Part shown: positions 20,594 through 30,552 of the stretch, piece after piece | Layout of the letters: every line of letters starts with the position of its first letter | How positions within the stretch are numbered: position 1 is the stretch's first letter | Assembly: GCA_963798845.1 (NCBI GenBank) | Contig: CAWCUS010000006.1 | Location: 544,001-608,000 of the forward strand | DNA: 64,000 nt | Source: an uncultured Gemmatimonadales bacterium | Lineage (GTDB): Bacteria; Gemmatimonadota; Gemmatimonadetes; Longimicrobiales; RSA9 | Reading direction: 5' to 3' | The notes under the pieces: generated by a model | Seen by the model: only the letters and a program-made list of their open reading frames with translations | What the model was told of the DNA's origin: nothing | Database searches by the model: none | Program-made: the position numbers and the translations under genes

Positions 20594-22095
20594 GCCAAGT
20601 CAGCGGCCGGCGGGGAGGTGACCCGCAGCGGGTGTCCGTGGCGGGGCTGGTGTTCGCGTTCACCGCCTTCGCGGCGGCGTTCCTGGCGCACGGCAAGCTG
20701 CTGAATGGCGACGGAGACCTGATCCGGCACCTGGTGATCGGGCGCTACATCCTCGAGCACGGGCCCCGCTTCGCGGACCCGTTCTCCTTCAGCCGGGCCG
20801 GTGCCCCGTTCCTGGCATACGAGTGGCTGAGCCAGGTGGCGCTGGCGGGGGCGAGGGCGGCGGCGGGGCTTCCCGGCGTGGTGGCGCTGGCGTCGCTGCT
20901 GATCGCGTCGGCGACGGCGCTTGTGGTGCGCTACGTCCGGCGCGGCGGCGATCCGTGGCTCGCCACCCTGTCGGGCGCGGGCGCCGCGCTGTTGAGCTAC
21001 CCGTACTGGTACGCCCGGCCGCACCTCTTCAGCTTTCTTGGCGTCGCCTTGCTTCCGCACGTGATGGAGTCGCGCCGGCGCACGGTCTGGCTCGTTCCGC
21101 TGTTCGCGCTCTGGGCCAACCTGCACCCCGGCTTCCTGTACGGGCTGGTGATCGTCGCCGTGTGGACGTTCGGGGAAGCGCTCGACGAGCTGGGCGACGC
21201 CCGGCCCTTCCGGGCGCGCATCCCGGCCATGGCCGCGGCCTTCCTTGCTGCGTTGGCCGCGACGTTCCTCAACCCGTTCGGCTGGCACCTCCATTTCCAT
21301 GCCCTGGCGTGGGCGGGCAGCGAAACGGTCCAGAACATCGCCGAGTTCCAGCCGCTCATCGCCATCAAGCCGGAAGGGCTGGTTTTCATGGCGGTGACCG
21401 GCCTCCTCGTGCTGGGGCTGGCGGCCCAGAAGGAGTGGGTAGGATGGAAGCCGCTGCTCGTAACCGGCGTCGCGTTCTTCGCCGCGCTGGCCGTGACCCG
21501 GAACGTCCCGCTCTTCGGCTTCCTTGCGGTCCCCGTCCTCGGCCGCAGCCTGACTCCCGCGGTTTCGGCGCTGCCTCGCCGCGTGCTCGGGCCGATGCGG
21601 GAGGAATTCGCGCGGTCCGACGCGCCGGGGTGGCGGATCGGGGCGGGGGCCGCCGGGCTTCTGCTCCTGATCCTGGTCGCGGACGGCCGCAGCCCGCGCA
21701 TCAACCTGGTGCCGGACCAGTTCTCCGCCGACGTCTTCCCGGCTGCAGCTGTGGACTACGCCCGGGAGGAGGGGCTCGAAGGGCGTCTGTTTAGCGAATA
21801 CACCTGGGGCGGGTACGTGCTGTACTCCTGGCCGGGGCAGCGGCTGTTCGTGGACAGCATGGCCGACTTCTTCGGCGACGAGCTGGTGAAGGAGTACGGC
21901 GACATCGTGAAGGCGAGGCCGGGGTGGCGGGAGCGGCTGGATGAGCACGGCATCTCGCTGGTGCTGGTGAAGCCGAGCGCGGAGCTGGTCACCGTCCTCC
22001 GAGAGGACCCCGAGTGGCGCGTGGCCCACGAGGACGCAGTGGCCGTGCTCCTGGTGAAGGACCGCGGCGGCCGACGGGCGGATCAGGCGGGCTGA
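20590..22095 (+). CDS. GT-C-fold integral membrane protein
   Basis: GDLIRHLVIG, DPFSF, YEWLSQ, RPHLFS, WANLHPGF, NPFG, EFQP, YTWGGY...LFVDS; TTG overlaps the GT2 stop. Confidence 0.75.
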   Translation: MSQVSGRRGGDPQRVSVAGLVFAFTAFAAAFLAHGKLLNGDGDLIRHLVIGRYILEHGPRFADPFSFSRAGAPFLAYEWLSQVALAGARAAAGLPGVVALASLLIASATALVVRYVRRGGDPWLATLSGAGAALLSYPYWYARPHLFSFLGVALLPHVMESRRRTVWLVPLFALWANLHPGFLYGLVIVAVWTFGEALDELGDARPFRARIPAMAAAFLAALAATFLNPFGWHLHFHALAWAGSETVQNIAEFQPLIAIKPEGLVFMAVTGLLVLGLAAQKEWVGWKPLLVTGVAFFAALAVTRNVPLFGFLAVPVLGRSLTPAVSALPRRVLGPMREEFARSDAPGWRIGAGAAGLLLLILVADGRSPRINLVPDQFSADVFPAAAVDYAREEGLEGRLFSEYTWGGYVLYSWPGQRLFVDSMADFFGDELVKEYGDIVKARPGWRERLDEHGISLVLVKPSAELVTVLREDPEWRVAHEDAVAVLLVKDRGGRRADQAG

Positions 22096-23393
22096 GGGGA
22101 GCTCCGGCCCCGCAGGAAGAGGAAGAGGCTCCAAGCCAGCAGTCCGGCCAGCAGCAGCACGAGGGGCTGGAACCCCGCGGCCGGCGCCAGCCGCCACACC
22201 GGGAAGGCGAAGTACCCCGCTGCCAGCACGAGCCGCTCGCCGGTCCCGGGCACGGCCGACGCCAGCCGCGTCTCCAGCGACAGCGCGACGGGGAGCGCCA
22301 GCAGTCCGGCCTCGTAGTACTGGAGGTGCGGGCTGATGGCCATGTTCGCCAGCACGACCACGGCGAAGAACGCCGGAAAGTGCGGGTCTTCCGGGTCCGT
22401 CCTCCTTGCCCCCCACCACACGAGAGCGACGGCGGCGACAGCGGTCAGGAGCGCCACCGCCGAGCCAGGCCACCCGCCGATCCCGTTCTGCGCCACTGCC
22501 GCGATGGAGAAGTCGAGGCCGCTGGCGATCTCGAGTCCGGCCTGGACACGGATCGCGCCCAGGAGGTGGAGCGGCCACGCCGGTCCGCTCACCAGCGCGC
22601 CCGCCACGTACTGCGCCGCCGCCACCGCGGCGGCCGAGGCCACGGCCTTCCAGTCCCGCCGGGCAACGAGCAGGAGCGCCGGGAGCAGTGCGAACTGCGG
22701 CTTGTAGAGCAGGAGCCCGACGAAAACCCCTGCCGCGACCGACCGTCGCCGGCGCAGACCCCAGAACACCCCCATGAGGAGGAAGAGCGTGAGGACCGTG
22801 TTCTGTCCGCCGAACATGGTAAGGGCCACGGGCAGGTACCCCGCCGCGAGGAGGGCAGCCGTGAGGCCGGTCAGGGGCCGTCCAGTGAGCCGCGGCAGCG
22901 CGTTGCCGCCGAGGATGAGGGTGCCCGCGAAGGCGAGGACCATGGCGAGCGTGAACAGCCGGAATCCCGCCGTGTAGCCGAGCGCCGTCGCCGGCGCGAG
23001 CGCCATCGCCAGTGCCGGCGGGTTGAGGTACCGCTGTCGCCACCGGCGCGGACCCCCGAGCAGGGAGTCCTGCACCTGGCGCTGGACGTCGAAGTCGTAC
23101 AGGCGCTCGCCGTGACCTTCGCGCACGATGGTCCCGCCCACGTGGAACGCCAGGTAGTCACCGGTGCCGGGATCGGGGGCGGCCAGATCAGGCGGCGCGG
23201 CAAGGTGGGCGATGCCGAACGCGCAGATCGCCAGCACCTGGAGCGCGCCGAACAGCGTGAGGATGGGCGGGCGCGTGACGCGGGCGAGCGCCGAAGCGAG
23301 CGGCGAGCCCGCGGGACTGGCGTTACTCAACGGTCGCGCCGGCCGGAGCCGTCCGGGCGTCGCCCCGCCCGCGGGCAGCGAGCCATACCACAT
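22083..23393 (-). CDS. GT87/DUF2029 glycosyltransferase (start may be TTG at 23330)
   Basis: GDYLAFH, RLYD, YLNPP, GQN, YKPQ, SPHLQYYE. Confidence 0.8.
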   Translation of the reverse strand: MWYGSLPAGGATPGRLRPARPLSNASPAGSPLASALARVTRPPILTLFGALQVLAICAFGIAHLAAPPDLAAPDPGTGDYLAFHVGGTIVREGHGERLYDFDVQRQVQDSLLGGPRRWRQRYLNPPALAMALAPATALGYTAGFRLFTLAMVLAFAGTLILGGNALPRLTGRPLTGLTAALLAAGYLPVALTMFGGQNTVLTLFLLMGVFWGLRRRRSVAAGVFVGLLLYKPQFALLPALLLVARRDWKAVASAAAVAAAQYVAGALVSGPAWPLHLLGAIRVQAGLEIASGLDFSIAAVAQNGIGGWPGSAVALLTAVAAVALVWWGARRTDPEDPHFPAFFAVVVLANMAISPHLQYYEAGLLALPVALSLETRLASAVPGTGERLVLAAGYFAFPVWRLAPAAGFQPLVLLLAGLLAWSLFLFLRGRSSPQPA

Positions 23394-24678
23394 ACCCGAG
23401 CAGCGCGAGCTTGAGGAAGAACGGGATGGCGGGGCGCACCCCCGCCGCGGGGCCGATGGCGGGGGACAGGAGCACGCTACCCGCGGCCAGCATCAACGCC
23501 GCGTATCCGAATCCCCGCGTCGGGTGCTCGTTCCCGGGCAGAATCGTGGGGACGACGAGCAGTGCCAGGTCCTCGGTGAAGGTGACGTGGCTGGCCAGGA
23601 GGAGGTACGCGAGCGTGGCCAACGCCCAGGCGACGGCGGGGGCGAGGCGCCGGCGCACCCCCATGCCGAGCACAGTGGCCAGGGCGGCCAGGAAGGCGGC
23701 GTTGGTGGCGGCGGAGGCCACGGGATCCGGAACGCTCAGGTCCACGGCGAGAAGCGCGCGCAGGTTGCTCATCATCTCCGGGTGGAGCGACCACGCGAAC
23801 GCCCGTCCGGCGCTGACTGTGTCATACGAGCCGAGCAGAGCCAGGTAGTCGCGGGGCCACCCGGTCCCGAGGAAAGGGGTGGCCACCAGGGCGCCGAGGG
23901 CCGCGGCCGCAGCGGCGAGCACCACCGGGCGGGGCCGGCGGGAAGCCAGGAGCGCGACGCCCGCGGCCAGCGCCAGCGGCGGCTTGGCCGTGAGGGCCCA
24001 GAGCACAGCAGCCGTTGCCAGCGTACGCGCCCGGCTCCACTCGCCCGGCGCTGTCGCGGTCACGGACGCGAGGTAGAGCAGCCCCGCTGTGCCGAGGACT
24101 GCAGTCTGCCCCAGCGCCACGGCGCCCATGGCCACGGGCGAGAGGAAGAAGAGGAGCGCGGCCAACGGCGGGACCCCGGATCTTTCGAGCGCCGCGGCGG
24201 TGGCCGCGTATCCGGCCGCAGTCCAGGCCACGTACGCTCCGGCCAGCGAAAGCGGGAACAGCACGGCCAAGAGCCAGAGCATCGTGGGGGAGTACCCGAA
24301 CGGCAGGGCGTGATCCTGCGGACAGCCCGTCCACCACCGCATGAACCCGAGGTGGGCAGCCGGCGTGTACGCCGAGCCCGCCGCGCCCCCGTCGATGGCG
24401 CGGCCGAGGACCGCGCGTGAAAACTGGAGCTGGGAAGCGAAGTCCTGGATCTGCACCACCTCGTCTCCAGCGAGGCGCAGGCCCACCCGGTCCTTGCGCA
24501 GGGTGTCCGCCGCGACCGCGGCCCATGCGGTCGCGACCAGCACGAGGACGATCGCGCGCGGCACCGAAGCGCTCACGTATGCCCGGGAGTCGGGGGAACC
24601 GCGTCGTCGTGGCGCATGAAGGTCAGGGGTGTTCCGACGTGTCAGCATCCTGAACCCCCGCGTCGTCGGCGTCAACAT
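23323..24678 (-). CDS. GT87/DUF2029-like glycosyltransferase
   Basis: QDF, PFGYSPT, ALGQT, AKPPL, SHVTFTEDL; many TMs. Confidence 0.7.
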   Translation of the reverse strand: MLTPTTRGFRMLTRRNTPDLHAPRRRGSPDSRAYVSASVPRAIVLVLVATAWAAVAADTLRKDRVGLRLAGDEVVQIQDFASQLQFSRAVLGRAIDGGAAGSAYTPAAHLGFMRWWTGCPQDHALPFGYSPTMLWLLAVLFPLSLAGAYVAWTAAGYAATAAALERSGVPPLAALLFFLSPVAMGAVALGQTAVLGTAGLLYLASVTATAPGEWSRARTLATAAVLWALTAKPPLALAAGVALLASRRPRPVVLAAAAAALGALVATPFLGTGWPRDYLALLGSYDTVSAGRAFAWSLHPEMMSNLRALLAVDLSVPDPVASAATNAAFLAALATVLGMGVRRRLAPAVAWALATLAYLLLASHVTFTEDLALLVVPTILPGNEHPTRGFGYAALMLAAGSVLLSPAIGPAAGVRPAIPFFLKLALLGYVVWLAARGRGDARTAPAGATVE

Positions 24679-24780
24679 TCGAGGATCACCCCCATGGAGG
24701 AGGGCCCCGACCGCAGCGTCACGGAACGGGGCCCAGCCGTAGGCGCCGCGCTCGGGCGGCGTGCCCTGGGTGGGCGGGGG

Positions 24781-24858
24781 TCAGGGCGCGGCGCGCTCGG
24801 CGTCGAACGCGCGGGCGCCGCGGACACCGCTGGCGGCGAGCGGGTAGGTCGATGTCAT
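24781..24858 (-). CDS. putative micro-ORF MTSTYPLAASGVRGARAFDAERAAP
   Basis: ATG overlaps the upstream micro-ORF stop (ATGA); N-terminus resembles its neighbour. Confidence 0.25.
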   Translation of the reverse strand: MTSTYPLAASGVRGARAFDAERAAP

Positions 24859-24905
24859 ATCGATGCGGCTCTCCGTGCAGCGGCTGGAGGGAAAGTGTGT
24901 GTCAT
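24855..24905 (-). CDS. putative micro-ORF MTHTFPPAAARRAASI
   Basis: GGAG about 9 nt upstream of the ATG; coupled to the next micro-ORF. Confidence 0.25.
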   Translation of the reverse strand: MTHTFPPAAARRAASI

Positions 24906-25172
24906 CGGTGCGTTCTCCATTCACCGTGCGTGCCGCCGGGCTGGACAGGCTGTGATCCCCGCCGTTGCTGGATGATCGGGGCGTGTCCGGTGTCGCGGCG
25001 ACGCGGCGTTGTCCCGCTCCGTGACAGCCGCCGGGCCGCGCCGGCACAACCCGCGGCCTCGCCGCGCGGCGGGCGGGCGGGGCCTCCGCGGGGCCGGCTT
25101 GCGGAGCGGGCGTGAAGCGGCGTAGCGTGGCCCGTCACGTCCGACAGGTCGACTCCCTGAACAGGTCCGTCC

Positions 25173-27860
25173 ATGCGACGCACGCGCCTCCGACTCGCCG
25201 GCCTGGCCCGCGGGCTGCTCCTCGCCGCCGCGCTCGCGGCCGCCGCCCCGGCGGGCGGCCAGGAGCCGGGCGCGGCGTCGTGTCCTGCGCGGGCGGACTC
25301 GCTGGCGGAGGCCGGGTGGACCGCGCTCGGGGCGGGGCGGGTGGACAGCGCGGGAGCGCGCTTCGCCGCCGGCCTCGCGCTGTGTCCGGCGCACGTGCCG
25401 TCGCGCATCGGGCGAGGCTACGTGGCGCTGCGGGAGGGGCGGCTGGAGGCGGCGGACGCGGACTTCGCCGGGGCGGTGGAGGCCGGGCCGGGTCGGGCGG
25501 CGGCCGCGGACGCGCTGGCGGGGCGGGGGCTGGTCGCGTGGCGCAGGGGCGACCTGGACGCGGTGCACGACCTGTTCACGCGGGTGCTGTCGCTGGACCC
25601 GGGGAACGCGGAAGCGGCGCGGTACCTGGCGAGGCTGCCGCGCGGGGTGGGGACGCCGCCGGCGCGGCCGGCGCTGGCGAGGCCGGACACGCTGGAGTAC
25701 CCGGCGAGGGTGCGGGACGGCCGGTTCGAAGTGCGGTCGGGCGGCGGGTGGTCTCCGTTCTACGTGCGCGGGGTCAACCTGGGGGCGGCGCTGCCGGGGC
25801 GTCATCCGAGCGAGTTCCCGGACAGCGCGACGTACGCCGGCTGGATCCGGGAGATGGCGGAGGCGGGGGTGAACGCGGTGCGCGTGTACACGATCCACCC
25901 GGCCTGGTTCTACCGGGCGCTGGCGGCGTGGAACGGGGCGCACCCGGACTCGGCGCTCTGGCTGATCCACGGCGTGTGGACGGAGCTTCCGCCGGGAGAC
26001 GATTTCCGGGACCCGGAGTGGGAAGGCGCGTTCTTCGGCGAGATGGACCGGGTGGTGGACCTGCTGCACGGGCGGGCGGACGTTCGACCCAGCCCGGGTC
26101 ACGCGTCGGGCTTCTACACCGCGGACGTGTCGCGCTGGGTGCTGGCGTACATCATCGGCCGGGAGTGGGAGCCGTACGCGGTGGTGGCGTACAACCGGCT
26201 GCGCGCCGGCGAAGGCGGCTTCGAGGGGCGCTACCTGCGGACGGAGGGCGGGTCTCCCGCGGACGCCTGGATGGCGCGGGCGATGGAGCACATCGTCGCC
26301 TACGAGACGGAGAAGTACGGCGCGCAGCGGCCGGTGGCGTACACCAACTGGCCGACGCTGGACCCGCTGTACCACCCGACGGAGGCGACGGTCGGGGAGG
26401 AGATGGCCATGCGGGCCCTGCTGGGCGAGGACGTGGACACGCCGGTGCGGGAATACGACAGCGACGCCACCGGTCTGGACGCCGCCCTGATGCACGCGAC
26501 GCCCGCGTTCGCAGCCGGCGACTTCGTCAGCTACCACGCCTACCCGTACTACCCGGACTTCATGGTGCTGGACCCCGCCTACAACCGGGCGGAGTCGCCG
26601 TTCGGGCGCTCGAGCTACTACGGCTACCTGGCCGCGCTGAAGGCGCACTACGGGGACATGGCCGTGCTCATCTCGGAGTACGGCGTGCCCGCCAGCCTGG
26701 GCAGCGCGCACCTTCAGCCGCAGGGCTGGCACCAGGGGGCGCTCACGGAAGCGCGGATGGCCGACGCCGACGTGCGGCTCACGCGCGAGATCCGCGCCGC
26801 GGGGATGGCGGGCGGCGTGGTCTTCTCCTGGATCGACGAGTGGTTCAAGAAGAACTGGGTCACCGTGCCGTTCGAGATCCCGCAGGAGCGCAACCGGCTC
26901 TGGTACAACCGGCTGGACGCGGAGCAGCACTACGGGCTGGTGGCGTACGACGCGGCGCCGCCGGTGGCCGGGGCGACGCTGCGGGAGCGGCGGTCGGCGT
27001 GGGACGGCGTGCCGGCGCTGTACGACACGGGGGCCGGCCGGGTGCGGGCGGCGGCGGACGCGGCGTACCTGTGGCTGCTGGTGGAGCCGTCCTCGCCCGC
27101 GGAGCGGCTGGAGCTGGGCTTCGACATCGTGCTGCCGGACAGCGGCACGCACCGGCTGCCCGGGGTGCCCGGCCGGTTCGACGCGGGGCTCGAGCTGGCG
27201 CTCACCCTGGCCGGCGACACGGCCCGCCTCGCGGTGAACCCCGGCTACGACCCGTGGCGCATCCAGGACGTGGCGGCGGGGAGCGCGCACGAGGTGCGGC
27301 CGTTCCCGGACGTGGAGGATCCGCCGCCCGGCGTGTTCAGCGCCCGGGTGGAGCAGGGCTTCGGGCGCCCGATCCGGCCCTTGGACTCGGACTCCGCGGA
27401 CTTCCGGCCGATGCGGGTGGTGACGAACCGGCGCCGCATCACCCGGGACACTGTCGAGTACCTGGCCGCGGGCTACGAGCGCGGGGCCCTGCGGGGCGGG
27501 GCGCCGCCGGACGGGCTGTGGGAGCGGGACGCGGACGGCGCCGTGGAAGTGCGGATCCCGTGGGCGCTGCTGAACTTCACCGACCCCAGCCAGCGCCGGG
27601 CGCTGCTGGATGAGACCGCGTCCGGGGACTTCGGCACGGTGGTGGTCCCGGACATCGGGATCGTCGGAGCGTACCGCCCGGCGGGCGGGGAGTGGCGCCG
27701 CTGGCCGGCCGCCGCCCCGGGCCCGGAGACCGCCCGTTTCAGCTGGCCGACGTGGGAAGAGCCGGCCGCCGTGGCCAGGCCGCGGCCGGCGCTGGACGCC
27801 ATGCGGGCGCTGTTCCGGGAGTGGTCTACGGGAAGCGGATATCCTTCCACGCCGCGCTGA
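25173..27860 (+). CDS. secreted TPR + clan-A-like TIM-barrel glycoside hydrolase/transglycosylase (paralog A)
   Basis: signal peptide, TPR-like helices, GVNLG, NAVRVYT, IIGREWEP, YHAYPYYP, ISEYG, GGVVFSWIDEWFK, EQHYG. Confidence 0.8.
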   Translation: MRRTRLRLAGLARGLLLAAALAAAAPAGGQEPGAASCPARADSLAEAGWTALGAGRVDSAGARFAAGLALCPAHVPSRIGRGYVALREGRLEAADADFAGAVEAGPGRAAAADALAGRGLVAWRRGDLDAVHDLFTRVLSLDPGNAEAARYLARLPRGVGTPPARPALARPDTLEYPARVRDGRFEVRSGGGWSPFYVRGVNLGAALPGRHPSEFPDSATYAGWIREMAEAGVNAVRVYTIHPAWFYRALAAWNGAHPDSALWLIHGVWTELPPGDDFRDPEWEGAFFGEMDRVVDLLHGRADVRPSPGHASGFYTADVSRWVLAYIIGREWEPYAVVAYNRLRAGEGGFEGRYLRTEGGSPADAWMARAMEHIVAYETEKYGAQRPVAYTNWPTLDPLYHPTEATVGEEMAMRALLGEDVDTPVREYDSDATGLDAALMHATPAFAAGDFVSYHAYPYYPDFMVLDPAYNRAESPFGRSSYYGYLAALKAHYGDMAVLISEYGVPASLGSAHLQPQGWHQGALTEARMADADVRLTREIRAAGMAGGVVFSWIDEWFKKNWVTVPFEIPQERNRLWYNRLDAEQHYGLVAYDAAPPVAGATLRERRSAWDGVPALYDTGAGRVRAAADAAYLWLLVEPSSPAERLELGFDIVLPDSGTHRLPGVPGRFDAGLELALTLAGDTARLAVNPGYDPWRIQDVAAGSAHEVRPFPDVEDPPPGVFSARVEQGFGRPIRPLDSDSADFRPMRVVTNRRRITRDTVEYLAAGYERGALRGGAPPDGLWERDADGAVEVRIPWALLNFTDPSQRRALLDETASGDFGTVVVPDIGIVGAYRPAGGEWRRWPAAAPGPETARFSWPTWEEPAAVARPRPALDAMRALFREWSTGSGYPSTPR

Positions 27861-30552
27861 GGGCGGCCACGGCGGGGCGCGGCCGGATCCGCCACTGCGG
27901 CTCCTGCCAGGGCGCCCAGTAGAAGAGCGGCACGTCCTCGCGGAGGCCGGAGCGGGGGAGCGCGGTCCATGCGTCGCCGTCGCGGGTGGCCAGGACCACG
28001 CGGATCCCGGGGACGCGCGTGGTGGAAAGGGGGACGCCCCAGCCGGGGCGGGTGGTGTCCTCGATCACCTGGAGCTGGCTGGGATCGCCCACGCCGAGCA
28101 TCTGCCAGGGGATCCGGAGCTCGAGCACGGAATCGTCCGCTTCCCAGAGGCCGTCGGGCTCGGGGCCGCGGGGCAGGAGCCCCTGGTCGTAGCCGAGCCC
28201 GGCGAGCTCGGTGGAGTCGCGGCCGAACGTCCGCCCGGCGATGAGGAACCGGGGCGAGCCGTAGTCGCCGTCCCGGTTCGCCCGGGAGAGGACGTCCCGG
28301 CCGGGCTCCCTGAGCAGCCGTCCGCGGAAGAGGCCCGGGGGCGGCGAAGCGATGTCGGGGCCGGGATCCAGGAGGCGGGCGTCGGCCGTGGACGGGTCCG
28401 GGGCCACCGTTCGGAACGCGGTGGGCAGGAGCGGCGCGTCCAGGAGCAGGCGGGCCGAGTCGCCGCGGACGCGCACCACGGCTTCCATGCCGACCGGGGC
28501 CGGCGGCGCGCCGGGGTCGGGCCAGGCGAAGTCGCCGCGCGCGGGGTCGACGACGTCGAAGCCCACCATCAGCTCGTCCACCGCCCGGCTGCCTCGCCGG
28601 AAGCGCACGCGCAGGTAGGCCTCGTCGGCGAGAAGCCGGAGCTGGCCGGCCTCCTGGTCGTGGTAGAGCGCGGACACGCCGGCCCACGCGCCCGCTCGCC
28701 CGGCCAGCGTCGCCCCGGGCAGCCGCGGCTCGGGCTCGACCGCGTTCAGGCCGTAGTGCTCCTCCGGGTCCATGCGGTTGTACCAGCGGCGGTCGTCTTC
28801 GGCGGGGGACTCCAGCGCCTTCGTGGACCAGCCGGTCTTGAACCACTCGTCTACCCACTCGAACGCGATGCCGCCCGCCATCCCGGCGGCGGCGATCTCG
28901 CGGGTCATGCGACCGAGCGCGGCCGCGGCGTCCGCTTCCGTCCGGCCGCCCTGGTGCCACCCCTGTGGGCTGAGCTGGGCGACCCCGATCGAGGGCGGGA
29001 GCCCGTACTCGTCCACGAGCACCGGGAGGCCGCCGAAATGGCTCTTGAGGTCGACCAGGTAGCCGTAGAAGCTGGAGCGGCCGAACGGCGACTCGGTGGC
29101 GGCGAGGCCCGGGTCCAGCGCGAGGAAGCGGGGGTAGTACGGGTAGACCTGGTAGGCGGCGAAGAGGCCGGCCGGGAAGCGCCGGGTGGCGACGACGCGC
29201 GACGCGTCGAGGGAGACCACGTCGTCGCCGTCGGCGACGTCGGGCACCACCACGCCCTGCTCCCCGCGGGCGACCCGGATGAGGGCGCTCTCGCGGGTGT
29301 CCGCTTCGGTCGGGTGGTGGAGCGGGTCGTTGGCCGGCCAGTCCGCCCACGCCACGGGCCGCTGGGTCCGGTACGTCTCGGTCTCGTAGCCGGCCACGTG
29401 GTCCACCAGCTTCGTCAGCCACGCTTCCATTGGGGACACGCGGGCGGCCCGGGTGAAGCGGCCGTCCCACCCGGTGAGCTGCGGGTGTCCGCGGTCGAAC
29501 GCGGCCACGGCGGCGGGCTCCCACGGCCGGCCGACGATGTACGCCAGCGTCCACGCCGAGACGTCCGCGGTGTAGAAGCGGGCGGGCAGCCCGGGCCGGC
29601 GGGGCAGGTCGGCGCGGCCGTGGACCGCGTCCACCGTCGAGCGGAGCTCCCTCAGCAGCGCCCCCTCCCACGCCGGGTCGTCGAAGCGGCTTCCGCCGGG
29701 CGGTACCTCCGCCCACGTCCCCTGGATGAGCCGGAGCGGCGATGCGGGGTGGGCCAGGTCGTACGCCCGCAGCGCGCCGTAGAACGCGGGCGGGTGCAGC
29801 GTGTAGACCCGGACCGTGTTGGCGCCCGTGGCGGCCATGCGCTCGATCCAGTCCGCGTACGTGCTGGAGTCCGGGAACTGAGACGGGTGCCGGCCGGGCA
29901 GCGCGGCGCCCAGGTCGATCCCCTTGACGTAGAAAGGCACCCAGCCGGCTGCGGCGCGCAGCGCGAACGTGGAGCCGGCCGCGCGGACCGCGTACTCGAG
30001 CGTGTCGGGCAGGACGAGCGGCGGGCGGACGGGCGCCCGGGCGGGCGCCGTGTCGTCGGGATGGAGGAGCGCCAGGTAGCGGCGGGCCTCGTGGCTGGAC
30101 GGGTCGAGGCGGCGGACTCGCTCGAAGATCGCTTCGGTGCGGGCCAGGTCGTCCTGCCGCCAGGCGACGATGCCCCGCCCGACCAGCGCGTCCACCAGGT
30201 CGGGGCTCCCGTCCAGCACGCGGTCGAAGAGCGCTTCGGCCCGCGGCGTGTTGCCCTCGCGCAGCTCGACGAAGCCCAGGCCGGTGCCGCCGCCCCTGTG
30301 GCGCGGACAGCGCCCCACGGCTTCCTCGAAGTGGCGGCGGGCGGTGGAGAGCTGTCCCGCGTGGTAGTCCTTCCACGCGAGCACCACTTCCGGGTCCGCG
30401 GCGCGCGGGCACATGTACTGCGCGCCCACGCCGGCGTTCACCGCCATCATCGAGCCGAGCAGGATGATGAGGGCGGCCAGGATGAGCGTGCGCTTCAGGA
30501 TGCGCACCGGGACCGGGCCGGCGGCGGCGTCGACGTCTTCGTCCCGGATCAC
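27826..30552 (-). CDS. TPR + TIM-barrel glycoside-hydrolase-like protein (paralog B; last gene of the EPS operon)
   Basis: colinear with paralog A: GIDLG, NTVRVYT, IVGRPWEP, VDEYG, GGIAFEWVDEWFK, EEHYG; GTG overlaps the upstream stop. Confidence 0.8.
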   Translation of the reverse strand: MIRDEDVDAAAGPVPVRILKRTLILAALIILLGSMMAVNAGVGAQYMCPRAADPEVVLAWKDYHAGQLSTARRHFEEAVGRCPRHRGGGTGLGFVELREGNTPRAEALFDRVLDGSPDLVDALVGRGIVAWRQDDLARTEAIFERVRRLDPSSHEARRYLALLHPDDTAPARAPVRPPLVLPDTLEYAVRAAGSTFALRAAAGWVPFYVKGIDLGAALPGRHPSQFPDSSTYADWIERMAATGANTVRVYTLHPPAFYGALRAYDLAHPASPLRLIQGTWAEVPPGGSRFDDPAWEGALLRELRSTVDAVHGRADLPRRPGLPARFYTADVSAWTLAYIVGRPWEPAAVAAFDRGHPQLTGWDGRFTRAARVSPMEAWLTKLVDHVAGYETETYRTQRPVAWADWPANDPLHHPTEADTRESALIRVARGEQGVVVPDVADGDDVVSLDASRVVATRRFPAGLFAAYQVYPYYPRFLALDPGLAATESPFGRSSFYGYLVDLKSHFGGLPVLVDEYGLPPSIGVAQLSPQGWHQGGRTEADAAAALGRMTREIAAAGMAGGIAFEWVDEWFKTGWSTKALESPAEDDRRWYNRMDPEEHYGLNAVEPEPRLPGATLAGRAGAWAGVSALYHDQEAGQLRLLADEAYLRVRFRRGSRAVDELMVGFDVVDPARGDFAWPDPGAPPAPVGMEAVVRVRGDSARLLLDAPLLPTAFRTVAPDPSTADARLLDPGPDIASPPPGLFRGRLLREPGRDVLSRANRDGDYGSPRFLIAGRTFGRDSTELAGLGYDQGLLPRGPEPDGLWEADDSVLELRIPWQMLGVGDPSQLQVIEDTTRPGWGVPLSTTRVPGIRVVLATRDGDAWTALPRSGLREDVPLFYWAPWQEPQWRIRPRPAVAALSAAWKDIRFP

